NCBI RefSeq assembly: GCF_006345805.1
Contig: NC_043009.1
Location: 28,148,001 to 28,212,000, forward strand
Source of the DNA: Octopus sinensis
Taxonomy: Eukaryota
Length of the DNA: 64,000 nucleotides
Direction: 5' to 3'
Shown here: positions 13,040 through 24,275 of the stretch, in pieces
Layout of the letters: each line of letters opens with the position of its first letter
Position numbering within the stretch: the first letter of the stretch is position 1
The notes under the pieces: generated by a model
What the model saw: only the letters and a program-made list of their open reading frames with translations
Told to the model about the DNA's origin: nothing
The model's database searches: none
Position numbers and translations under genes: made by a program

Positions 13040-13081
13040 GTCACTGATGAGGTCACAGATGGGTGATGAAAGAACTCTGAC
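13040..13081 (+). ncRNA. minimal type I hammerhead ribozyme motif
   Basis: GTCA-CTGATGA-G-GTCAC/GTGAT-GAAA-GAAC-TC-TGAC. Stem I GTCA:TGAC, 5-bp stem II, intact core, predicted CUC cut after 13077. Confidence 0.7.
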
Positions 13082-13289
13082 AGACATATAAACAAAAAAT
13101 AATAGAATCAAGAGAACTCAGAGTGCACATACCTCCACTAAGGCAACATCAATGTCCTCTTAACGATTAGCCAGAGATGATTTTTAAAATGAGAATATCT
13201 GAAATAAATTTGACTGTTCTCACAAATGAGAATACTAAAAATTAACCCGACCACTCTAAAAAATTTAGTTAAAAAACTGGAAAAATAAT

Positions 13290-13500
13290 TTACAATCCTT
13301 GTTTGGTACCAGATCGATCCCAAAATCTAATCAGTTTATGCCAGTCATGAGGCCAAACATCACTGAAAGTTTCATCTGAATCCATCCAGCGGTTCTTGAG
13401 AGATCTTGTCCACAGACAAACAAACAAACAAACAAACATGACTGAAAACAATACTTCCACCTTTGCTTCCCCCTTCGCTAAAGTGGATCTAAGCAATAGT
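13290..13500 (+). mobile_element. non-autonomous Helitron/Helentron-like (HINE/DINE-type) element
   Basis: AAGTTTCATCTGAATCCATCCAGCGGTTCTTGAG, short (CAAA)n, terminal hairpin TCCACCTTTG...CTAAAGTGGA. Family assignment is inference. Confidence 0.45.
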
Positions 13501-13667
13501 GAAGATTGAATAAAGAGTGCATGTGTTTAATTGGCAAAATAAAAAGAAATAAGTATAACAATATTTGTTTCAACATACGTCTTCACATCAAGAATCTTGC
13601 AAAGCAATTTCATAAGACTATCATGTTTTATTGATAACAATGTACTACATCACAATATTTATGAGTT

Positions 13668-13830
13668 TTGTAGGCATGGCTGTGTGGTTAACAAGCCTGC
13701 TTCTCAACTATGTGGTCTTGGGGTCAGTCACACTGCATGTGTGGCACCTTGGGTCAGTGTCTTCCATGGTAACCCTGAGTTGACTAAATCTTGTGAGTGG
13801 ATTTGCTGGACGGAAACTGGAAGAAGACAG
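13668..13830 (+). mobile_element. SINE family A head only
   Basis: GCATGGCTGTGTGGTTAAC...TGTGAGTGGATTTGCTGGACGGAAACTGGAAGAAG. Confidence 0.7.
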
Positions 13831-13839
13831 ATGTTAAAG

Positions 13840-13948
13840 GATGATAATGATTACAATGATGATTATGATGATGACTATGATGATGACGATGCCGATGATG
13901 TTAACGACAATGATGACGATAACGACGACAACGATAATGATGATTATA

Positions 13949-14004
<56 letters not shown>

Positions 14005-14087
14005 GATGATGATGATGACAGGGATGATGATGATGATGATGATGATGATTATAATATGATGATGATGATGGTGGTAGTAGTGGTGAT
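13840..14087. repeat. (GAT)n triplet array
   Basis: Direct inspection. Confidence 0.95.
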
Positions 14088-14631
14088 GAAACACTTGATG
14101 TGTGCAGATCAAAAGGTAATTTTCAGATGATGAAAGGAACTTAATTGTTAATGGGAACAGGCATAATTTTCCAGTGAAAAAACTGAGAAATGAAAATTGT
14201 CTTATCACACACAAAACTTCAACACACATAATTTCCAGCAGCAATAAGCCAAATGTTCTCCAAAAGAGTTGACTCTCATGTTCTTTTTATAAGCTTTCTC
14301 TATAAAGTTCTTGAATATTCTGGCAGCAATTCCAGGGATGAGATTAAAGCATGCCTACCACAAGCTGACATCGCAGACACTTGGTTAAATATTACAATAT
14401 ACAGTATAACAGTTCACCAACAATGACCATCTTTGGTCTATTTTGCCAAATATGGTAATGCTGTTAGGAAACTAGTTTGGTTTTAGTAATCGAAACCCAA
14501 ACATTCGTGTTCAGTCTTTGAGGAAATATATAACTGCTACAACCTGTTTTTTTATCTTTACAGTTCTATATTTAAGAGATGAGGAATTATGTACATTATT
14601 TATATTATTTACATCATCATTATAAAAAAGA

Positions 14632-14820
14632 TATGGAGACCACTTCCCCCTGTGGGATGAAGTTAAAATAATAGACAGAGAACACCACTTGAAAATACGG
14701 AAACTAAAAGAAGCAGTACATATGCTAGGATACAACAACCTCCTAAGCAGGTCGAGTGCAGATATGGATACCATATGGAAACCGGTATTAAGGAGGGATA
14801 GAAAAATATTAGATATATAA
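14632..14820 (+). pseudogene. Penelope-like element GIY-YIG C-terminal fragment
   Basis: Own translation: YGDHFPLWDEVKIIDREHHLKIRKLKEAVHMLGYNNLLSRSSADMDTIWKPVLRRDRKILDI*. Matches the PLE endonuclease pattern W.EV.I.D.E...R..KEA.H...R...W.P.L. Confidence 0.75.
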
Positions 14821-14850
14821 ACCCTAAAATTCACTCCATAATCACCCACA

Positions 14851-14923
14851 GGCATATGGCATAGTGGTTAAGAGCATGGGCTATAAACCCCCAAATTCTG
14901 AGTTTGATTCCAGGCAGTGACCT
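14851..14923 (+). promoter_or_regulatory. tRNA-like Pol III promoter module
   Basis: A box TGGCATAGTGG 14857-14867; B-box-like GAGTTTGATTCC 14900-14911. Confidence 0.55.
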
Positions 14924-15104
14924 GAACAATAATAATAATAATAACATTGAAAAATACCTTAGGAATGAGAACCCAGGTTCGAAATTTCCCCAAGACACCA
15001 GATGAAGGCTGGAGGGTATAACAACAAACAAGATGAGGACAAAAATCCATCAAATGTAAATAATGTTTTATCTTTATCAAGCCAGCATGTTTCATTCACG
15101 AATC

Positions 15105-15220
15105 ATGGTTTTAAGTTTTGGCACAAGGCCAGCAAGTTTGGGGTGGGGGTGAGGGTTAGTTGATTACATCGACTCCCAGAGCTCAACTGGTACTTGTTTT
15201 ATTGATCTCTGGAAGGATGA
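15105..15220 (-). mobile_element. SINE family B, 3' fragment
   Basis: TTTTGGCACAAGGCCAGC...GATTACATCGAC...CTGGTACTT...GGAAGGATGA. Confidence 0.7.
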
Positions 15221-15493
15221 TGTTAGTGTACCCATTGTACCTGCTAGAATTGTCTCAGGGCTAAACATAAAAAGCCCAGAAGGGACACAGCAGGCAGCCA
15301 CGACACATGCATAAAACACAACAGCCCTTAACAGAAATTGTGAAAGGCCTGACTGACAGGATTCTTCTTCTTTTCCCTTTTGGGCAGTCAGCTCACTGAC
15401 TGCCCACAGCTAAGACTGCTAGCTCTCTTTCTTTGTTTCAGAACCCTACATGTGGTGTAGCGATGCTTCTCTCATAGTTGGTACCATCTAACA
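15221..15493. mobile_element. 273-bp solo-LTR- or MITE-like segment
   Basis: Ends TGTTAGTGTACC...GGTACCATCTAACA (TG...CA, imperfect inverted termini); perfect 11-bp hairpin at 15381-15406; no TSD found. Confidence 0.35.
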
Positions 15494-15789
15494 ATATATT
15501 CACTCACACTGTACATGTCAGAACACCATAACATCTTGCAACAATTCTCCAACAAAATAAAAATTGCTATAGTTGTATTTAGTGAATGTTTATTCTTCGT
15601 TTACAAGCAGCTCACATGTAATCCTCGCATTACCAACCAACCAACCAACCAACCAACCAATCAACCAAAGAAAACACTCATATACTCACTAAAAAGACAA
15701 CCTTGGAAGAATTTGAACTCAGAATGTAAAGATGGACAAGAAGCCACTAAATTTTTTGCCTGGTCTGCTGATGATATTGCCAGTTTGCC

Positions 15790-16020
15790 ATCTTATTTCA
15801 CTCATTAATACTCGTTTCAAATTTTGGCACTAGGCCAGCAAGCTCAGGGAAAGGTGTAAATTGATTACATTCACCCCAGTACTTAATTGGTACTTATTTT
15901 ATTTTTAGATGAAAGGCTAAGTCAACCTTGAAGGAATTTGAACTCGGAACATAATAACAGATGAAATGTCGCTAAGCATTTTAACCAGCTTGCTAGCAAT
16001 TCTTCCAGCTCCCCACCCCT
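15790..16020 (-). mobile_element. SINE family B, diverged
   Basis: AATTTTGGCACTAGGCCAGC...GGTACTTATTT...TTTGAACTCGGAAC...CTAAGCATTT. Confidence 0.7.
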
Positions 16021-16129
16021 ATTGCTCATCTATTTGTATTAGAAACCTTTACTCTGTCCACAACAACCTCGGGTATCATGTAATATCCTGTTGTTTACAC
16101 AGCAGTGACTGTTGATTCATTAACCTCTC

Positions 16130-16900
16130 TCCTGTTATGGCAGGAGACATCTGATACCAATGTTGACTTTAAAAAAGGCTTTGAACTTAAACAGCTAAAA
16201 ACACTGTCGAAGCAACATAACCAGTTATTCATCCATTATATTCAGTCAACTATACAGCTTGAACTTCACTGCCTCATCATTTATTTGAATAATCTCTTTA
16301 TCTTATGTACTTTTTCTGCACTCACTTTGTCTCCATCTCTCTTTGATCAATGCTAAAGTTAATTGCTTTAATATTATTTATCTTCAGGTTTCTTCGACAT
16401 TCATCTTTCTTAACAATGACCAGGACACTGCTCTCTGAGTCCCATGAGCCAATAGTTCTTCCTGTGTAAACTGACAGTCTGGAGCTGATATGTCAAACAA
16501 CCAGAAGTCACTGCTAACTATCTGACCAAACAAGTTCACTAAGTAAATGCAGGATAAATTAAACATTAAAGATACACCAAAGATGGATGACAGAGAATTT
16601 CCATGTAAAGCTTAGAATACAATAACATAGATTTGGGATTTAATTCTTGGTGAGGGGCAGCAGTGATATTTATATAAATTGCAGCATTCATCTTCTCAGG
16701 AATACCTGAAGTAGGAAATATATAAAGTCTTTAGCTTCCATTTCGTAATTTGCTTCATTTAATCTTCAGATTTGTTTGACAGTTGTTAGTATTTCTGACA
16801 AATGACTTGTTAACGACTCTTGATCATTATGGATGTAATTTAGTCATCCTACAGTCTTGCAATATATAAAGCATTTAAATTAGTTTTACATTCCCATCAA
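16130..16900 (-). pseudogene. possible degenerate Ty1/Copia gag-protease relic
   Basis: Own translation: QESLTSHLSEILTTVKQI*RLNEANYEMEAKDFIYFLL/SGIPEKM (Copia gag UBN2-like), then SSDFWLFDISAPDCQFTQEELL (W..DSGA protease-like), in Copia order. Stops and frameshifts present. Confidence 0.4.
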
Positions 16901-17314
16901 AATGTTAGAAGCATAGACAGAAACATTTCTGTCTTAGAGAACATTGAAGAATTTGGAAATATACCACAAATAAGGATTGATTCTATGTTAATGAAAGACA
17001 AGTTTGTCTTTTCTTAAGATACACATACACATAAGATACACATAACATACACATGCTTAAAATAATTGTATGGTTATGTCATGAATTTTTGCTGCATAGT
17101 TTTGTTGTTTACCCCAAGGTCAGTTCTGATCAAGCAAGGCTGTGATCAAAGACGTTCTAATCATGACCATTCCATTTTTTTTTCTGTATTTACCAAGAAC
17201 CCAGAACTTTGCCTAAGATAGCAGGGTGTGAGTAGATGAAGACTTGACTGCTCCTTCTAGAAGGTCTTGTAACCATGTAGTGGATCCCTTATTGGCTTAC
17301 ATTTAATTTGAATT

Positions 17315-17357
<43 letters not shown>

Positions 17358-17682
17358 CACAAAGACACAGACACAAAGACACACACACACACACAAACAT
17401 GCACACATCACACACATACACGCATAGAAACATGTATTTATTTATTTATTTATTTATTATTCATTGACAGTAACTTTGAAGTTTTGACCTACTTGGCCTT
17501 CACCAGTCCAATGAAGGCTAAGCTGGGCAAAACTTTGAAATCAAGATTAATATCATTATTATTATTTTTGTTGAAGAACAACGGATATGTTGTCTATAAA
17601 GATATTAAGTAATCCTTCAGTTGAACGTAAAACTGATTTTATAACTTGACATAAAAATCAAACATTAACATATATATATATA

Positions 17683-17783
<101 letters not shown>

Positions 17784-17827
17784 TTTGTTGTGCAAGATTT
17801 TCTATGTGAAGTCGTGTGTTGAAACAG

Positions 17828-17969
17828 ATATTGTTATATTTCGGAATGGTCATATTGCCAGTTTAGCCAATAAAAACACACGCACTGAAGCAAAATAACA
17901 CCAAATATATAGTGCGTATGTTTTTATTGGCTAAACTGGCAATATGACCATTCCGAAATATAACAATAT
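17828..17969. repeat. 59-bp near-perfect inverted repeat, 24-bp spacer
   Basis: 17828-17886 vs 17911-17969, one mismatch. Confidence 0.95.
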
Positions 17970-18448
17970 ATATATACATATAGGAGAGTATTGTAGTTCG
18001 CTTGAAGCACTGTGTATTGTTTGTAAAGAATAAAAAGTTTTGAATGGTACAACTATGCACTATAATACAGACAAAGGGCTGTATACCTGTTGTAATTTAG
18101 TCATCCATAGTCTGATATGATATTTCAGAATATTATTCCTTCTTCATATATTCTGAGATGGAGTTGCTGCTATAATCAGTTTTCTAACAGCTTTTCTTTT
18201 TTTATTTTTTGGAAGCATTTCAGCAGTGGTCTCACGATGCTCCTTCTGGAATTCCTCATGAGAAGTGTGTGAGGTCAGCCATGTCTCAATCTCGTGTGTG
18301 ATGGTACATCCTTAGCGCTGCTTCTAAATTATGTATTATATATGCAGCCTCCCTTTTTCCCTTCTTTTTTCTCTTCTCTTCTTTTTTTTTGTTATAAATT
18401 ACAGATGAGCATATTATCAAAAATAAACCTACACGCATCTAGATGTAT

Positions 18449-18760
18449 CTAAATAATGTATTGATTACCAACCTCCAGCCTGTTGTTAATTTGAGGCCCT
18501 AGTCGTTGTATGAGTATAGCTTCCTTAATTCTTAAATTACCCAAATTTCTTTCATTGGCCTCAATTGTAACTGTTGTACTTTTGTCAGTGTCCCAGCATC
18601 TGTCTAGCTGTTTTCTGAAGGAGGAAGCTCTTGTGTTCAGATGTTCTTTGATGCATACCTCTCCTCCACTCATCCCCTATAGAATGCTTTGGTTGTGTTG
18701 AAGTCACTCAAAGTTGACCCGGGACAGCATAGTTGCTTGAGAGCAACACAACACTCACGG
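18449..18760 (-). pseudogene. Penelope-like GIY-YIG fragment
   Basis: ...IKEHLNTRASSFRKQLDRC...VTIEANERNLGNLRIKEAILIQRLGPQINNRLE; upstream AFY.G and CSSNY remnants. Confidence 0.65.
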
Positions 18761-18884
18761 TGCTATAACAATGACAACAGCAACAATTACAACGATGGCA
18801 ATGATGATAATGATGATGATGACAATGTTAACTAGGACAATGATGATGATGTTGATGATGATATCTTATTTCTTCAGTAATGAT

Positions 18885-19100
18885 TGGTGGAAAACCAATT
18901 TCAAATTTTGGCACAAGGCCAGCGATTTCGGTGGGGAGGAGAGAATTAGTTAATTACTGGGACCCCAATGCTCAACAAGTAATTATTCATTTTTCAAACC
19001 CCAAAAGGGATGAGAGGCAAACTCAAACTTGGCAGAATTTTGTAGATAAAATGCCACCAAGCATTTTATCCAGCATTCTAACAACATTGCCAGCCCACTG
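18885..19100 (-). mobile_element. SINE family B, diverged
   Basis: AAATTTTGGCACAAGGCCAGC...GGGATGAGAGGCAAACTCAAACTTGGCAGAATTT. Confidence 0.65.
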
Positions 19101-19207
19101 TTTCTTTCTTCATCATCCATCATTTTGAATCAGGGTTTTGTCCCTGTTAACAGGGGTGGCTGGACCTACCTCAATGCCATAGCAACTGCCCTCACACAAC
19201 TCCTATA

Positions 19208-19434
19208 CACCTTTTCTCTTAGTTGTTTTAGTCCTTTGACTGTGGCCATGCTGGAGCACCACCTTTAGTCAAGTAAGTCAACTCCAGAACTTATTCTTTC
19301 TAAGCCTAGTACTTATTCTATAGGTGTCTTTTGCCGAACCACTAAATTACAGGGACATAAACACACCAGCATCAGTTGTCAAGCGATGTTGGGAGGACAA
19401 ACACAGACACACAAACATATACTTACACATACAT

Positions 19435-19502
<68 letters not shown>

Positions 19503-19504
19503 TA

Positions 19505-19544
<40 letters not shown>

Positions 19545-19708
19545 CACACAACGGGCTTCTTTCAGCTTCCGTCTACCAAATCCACTCACAAGGCTTTGGT
19601 TAGCCCGAGGCTATAGTAGAAGGCTCTTGCTGAAGGTGCCTCGCAGTGGGACTGAACCCAGGACCATGTGGTTGGTAAGCAAGCTACTTACCACACAACC
19701 ACTCCTGA
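19208..19708 (-). mobile_element. SINE family A, full length with expanded internal (TA)n
   Basis: Tail 19208-19410, microsatellite to about 19550, head 19552-19708. Confidence 0.9.
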
Positions 19709-19931
19709 GAACCTTTTCCCATATTTCCTTATTTCCCTTGTTATTGAAGATTTACCCTCGCTATGAGACCATGTCTGATGGAGGAACAGAACTTCAAGAA
19801 CATTCTCTCACATTTGCCTATGATACAGCTGAAGGATGTGTGTGTTTATGGGTATATGTGTGTTTATGTAAGTGTGTACAAATGTATGAACGTATGTGGG
19901 CATGTATGTGTGTGTGTGTATATGTATATGC

Positions 19932-20215
19932 ATGAGTGTATTTATGTATGAATGTATGTATGTGTATGGATATGTGTGTATATATGCGTGTGTATATGTG
20001 TGTGAGTGTGTTTATGTATGAATGTATGTATGTGTACGGATATGTGTATATATGCATGTGTATATGTGTGTGAGTGTGTTTATATATGACTGTATGTATG
20101 TGTACGGATATGTGTGTATATATGCGTGTGTATATGTATGTGAGTGTGTTTATCTATGAATGTATGCATGTTAATGGATATGTGTGTATATATGCCCGTG
20201 TATGTGTGTGTATGT
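19932..20215. repeat. about 70-bp minisatellite, 4 copies
   Basis: GAGTGT.TTTAT anchor at 19934, 20004, 20072 and 20142. Confidence 0.85.
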
Positions 20216-21039
20216 TTATGTGAGCATATGTATTTATGTATGATTGTATATGTGTGTGTGCATGTATGTATGCATGTATGTAGGTATGTATGTATTATGC
20301 ATGCGTATGTTTATGTTTATACATGCATATATGCACATACGTACATACATATATATACATATACACACATATATATATTTATATATAGGTACATATGTAT
20401 GTGTATGTTTGTGTTTGGATATACGTGTAAATGTATGTATATCCAAATGTATGTGTGTGTGTATGAATGTACATTCGTATGCATGTACATCTGTACTTAC
20501 GTCTAAAGAAATTCCATCACACTTACCAATTTATCGATAACATGAAGGAGAATGAAGTGATACGACATCAATAAAAAGTTGGTTTGTTGTTGAACCATAA
20601 CTCTTTATGCCATCAGTTCAAAAAGATATCTATTTTTGCCTGGCAGAGAGCAGTACCAGCACTTGAAGCAACGTTTTTCCTCAGATTTTTTTTCAGAATT
20701 AAAAGGTGGATAGAAAAATAAAAAAAAAAATTAAACACATTTAAAAAAAAAAAGATAAAGAAAGAAAAATTCTACCAACTTTAAATGGAATGAAATTTCA
20801 TGTGCACCTGAAATTTGGCATTAAACATGTCACACACATGGAATCATGCATTTACCATCTGTCTCAGAAGTTTTCTGGATTTTATATTTTAAATATATTT
20901 TTTCTCTGTCTCTGTTAATTTAATACTACTTTAAAAAAATTTTTTTTTGTCAGCAAAGATTGGATGGAAAACTTGTTTGAGGTGGTGTTATACAGCTAGA
21001 TGTCCTTCCTGTTGCCAACCCTTAGCTGCTTTTCAAGTA

Positions 21040-21470
21040 CTAGATTTTTCTGTTATGCATAAGTTGCATTTCTAGAATCCATTAATATATGGCTTGGATT
21101 TCTTCATGATTCTCCACTTGATTGCATGCGGTGTGGAGTTGGTCTTCAAATACCATGTATGGCTAGCTGACTTAGTTGCATTATTTTAGTTGATGTGCTG
21201 GAAAGAAGATAAGTAGTTTGCGTAATAGCGTTTGAAATGAACTTCACATAATCTGAAGTAATTCTTCCCATCAATTGAATTATCTCGAAACATTGATGGT
21301 ACTCCTGCCTCATATATGATGGAGTTTATCATATACACCCGGCCAAGTGGGCAAGCTTCTGGAGTCTTGTCAATTACGGGTGGCAGTGGGCTCTTTGGTG
21401 ATTTTACAAGTTATAATGTTCTTCATATTGTGGCAGCAGCTGTAGGATATTTTGAGTGTCTGCTAAAAGT
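21040..21470 (-). pseudogene. Naiad-type PLE linker/GIY-YIG fragment, degenerate
   Basis: Own translation: TLKISYSCCHNMKNII...(CNC)KTPEACPL...SIIYEA...HFKRYYANYLSSFQH...WYLK...IKWRIM...KCNLCITEK; collinear with the C-terminus of the adjacent + element. Confidence 0.75.
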
Positions 21471-21532
21471 CATTGCATATGTGTGCATGTGTATATATAC
21501 ATACATATGTATATATATATATATATATATAT

Positions 21533-23178
21533 AGCGATAGGATTGAATACCTTTCACCACGACCAGCTTTTATTACTCTGAAAGACCATAAAGACAATTT
21601 TAGTAGAAACCCCAAATGTAGATTGATAAATCCGGCTAAAACTGAGATAGGAATTATTAGCAAAAATATTTTGGACCGTATTTTAGTTAAGTTAGATAGT
21701 GAAGTAGACTTGAGAATTTGGAAGAATAGTAAGTCAGTTATAGAGTGGTTTAAAAGGTATTAGCTATAAGAATTGTTTTTCACACAAATTCGACATTATT
21801 GACTTTTACCCGTCGATATCTAGGACGTTGCTCCTAAGAGCATTGGACTTCGCCAAGCAGTATGTCAACATCGATAGCTCGGAAATTGAAATTATTATGC
21901 ATGCGAGGAAATCGCTTCTGTTTTTCGAGGATTCCACCTGGATTAAGAAGACTGAGGATTCTCTTTTCGATGTACCGATGGGGGCATACGACGGGGCTGA
22001 ATTATGTATGCTCATAGGAGCCTTTATTCTCCATAATCTAAAAATAGAATTCCCATTTATAGATGCAGGTCTATATAGGGATGACGGCCTTATAGCCACG
22101 CATAATCTAAACGGCCATGAATCAGATAGACTTAGGAAGGACCTTATAGCTTTCTTTCAAAGGATGGGCTTACGGATTACGATAGATACTAACCTGAATA
22201 GTGTAGATTTTTTAGACGTAAATTTTAATGTAAGATCGGATAGATTTAAACCTTTCCGTAAGCCCAATGAAAAGCTATCGTATATTAGCAAAGATTCGAA
22301 CCATCCACCAGTTATCCTTAGCAACTTAGTCAGCAATGTAGGTAGAAGAATATCTTCAATTTCTTCGGACGAGGCAGCATTCCATAATGCTGCACCTTAT
22401 TACGATAGCGCATTAAAGAATAGTGGATTCCCGGAGAAGATCCAGTTCAACCAGCTTAATGCTAATAATAATGCTGCACGAAGAACTAGGACCAGGAAAG
22501 TTTTGTGGTTCAACCCGGCTTTCAATTTGGCCGTAAAGACTAATATAGGTAAGGAATTTTGAGATTAGTCTCTAAGCATTTTAAGCAGGGTCATAAATTC
22601 TACAGAATATTTAATAGAAGAACCCTGAAGGTTAGCTATTCTTGTTGCAGAAATTTCGCCTCTTACATTAGCCAACATAATAGGAAGCTAATTGAGATTA
22701 GACATGGTGCCGAGCCCATTAAGAAATGTAATTGTAAAAACGAAAGCTCCTGTCCGTTAGAAGGGAAATGTCTAGTGAAAGGAGTAGTTTATAGAGCCAA
22801 GGTGCAAGTGGAAGGCTCATCGGAATACAAGACATACACAGGGGCTTCAGAAAATTCATTTAAAACAAGATTTATTCTCATAAGAATTCTTTTAAATACC
22901 CAGAGAATAGGAAGAAAACCAGCCTAGCAAAATATGTCTGGGAACTAAAAGAAAAGGAAGCCCCACCTTTCAAAGTGACATGGAGCATTCTGGACAGGGC
23001 GGCACCATACAGGCATGGAGCTTACAAATATAATTTCAAGTGCAAGCTTTGCTTATTAGAAAAAATGCACATATTATTCAAAGACAATAATTCTTTGAAT
23101 CAAAGAAGTGAGTTAATGAACTTATGTAGGCACGCGGCTAAATTTAAAATGTCGAATATAAATATACCATATGGATAG
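21533..23178 (+). pseudogene. PLE reverse transcriptase-GIY-YIG polyprotein, three 1-nt frameshifts
   Basis: Motifs CRLINPAK, FDIIDFYPSI, FDVPMGAYDGAELC, LYRDDGL, HPP, WFNPAF, SYSCC, CNC-x5-CPL.G.C, VVYRA..KTYTG, CKLCLLEK, LNQRSEL..CRH. Frameshifts near 21752, 22558 and 22871; no other stops. Confidence 0.9.
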
Positions 23179-24205
23179 AGTATATATTTTGTATTTTGAT
23201 TTTTGATTTTTGATTTTGACTCTTAAGCGCTACGACGGATCTATAGCAAAGTCTTATTGTTTCTACATATATATTAGGAAAAACCTACAAACTTTGTTTT
23301 CATGTTATTGTATTGCATAGGATTACCTTGATTATTTATATTACCTTGATTATTTATAAATGACCCAAAATAGGATGTTATATTTTATTTTATATGTCTT
23401 TCGTATATATTTTTATTAATGCACCCATTTTTTAAAAGCAATGTTTTTTTTTTTTTTTAAAAAAAAAGCAATGTTGTCAAATTTAGAATGTTTATATAAG
23501 TTTGTGTATAGCAAAGCATATGTATTTGTAAGCATGCGTATCTGTGTATGTGTAAGTGAAAGTATGCTTGTGCTTAAGCACGCATACACACGACGGTATG
23601 TATATGTATCAATTCAAACTTGTGTATGTATATGGCCTCTATAGATGCCAATAACATCGCTACAAGTTCCCCCCCACCCCTCTTTCGTTCCTTTTTTCTC
23701 TCTTTCCCTTTCTTTCGTTCCCCCTCCTTGCTCAGTATATGAGAATTGCTACATAGATGAATTTTAGCTTGCGTGCGAGACGGTTTGCGTGAATATATGT
23801 ACACATGCTTTTATGTGTATAATTTAGATTCATATTCATACGTCTGTATATGTATGTATGGCGTTTACGCGCATCCTTTTGTGTATGTTGATATATATAT
23901 ATGTGGATTTTTAATATAAATATGTATTGCAGTATTTATAACAGGTTTAATTTCTATGCATTAATTTGTACTGTCTTCATTAACGGCAATAGGTTTTTCC
24001 TCGGTTTTTCCTCGGATTTTATAATTTTTATAATTTTTATAAGTTTTTTTATATATATATACATATATTTTTGACCTTTTTGTTTATCGCTCGAAGATTG
24101 ACCGTTTTTTCTAAAGGGCCAATCAAACAAGTCCATTTCTTTTTAAAGGTGTAGCGTTTGTAAGAGTATAGATTGAATTATATATATGTTCCATTCTAGC
24201 AAAAA

Positions 24206-24243
24206 CTGTCTGATGAACGGCAACGAGAAACTCAGAGTAACAG
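24206..24243 (+). ncRNA. minimal type I hammerhead ribozyme motif
   Basis: CTGT-CTGATGA-A-CG-GCAA-CG-A-GAAA-C-TCAGA-G-TA-ACAG. Stem I CTGT:ACAG, GNRA-capped 2-bp stem II, near-palindromic ACTC-A-GAGT, predicted GUA cut after 24239. Confidence 0.8.
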
Positions 24244-24275
24244 ATTTGTTGAATTTTCTGCTGCTTAAAATAAAG

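Noticed and set aside
13133-13198. 66-nt minus-strand exon with strong splice sites
   Set aside because: Stops in all three frames; the shorter DIDVALVE version needs a poor acceptor.
17800-17840. Hammerhead inside the 17.8-kb fold-back element
   Set aside because: GAAAC is present but there is no CUGANGA core or stem I.
21370-21372. TGA at a conserved Cys of the minus-strand Naiad fragment
   Set aside because: A 1-nt insertion in TGC explains both the TGA and the frameshift and restores CNC-x5-CPL spacing.
22560-22562. TGA in the Naiad-type ORF as selenocysteine (some Naiads are selenoproteins)
   Set aside because: It is not at a Cys position and disappears on restoring one T (KEFLRLV). 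All conserved Cys codons are TGT/TGC, and I saw no convincing SECIS.
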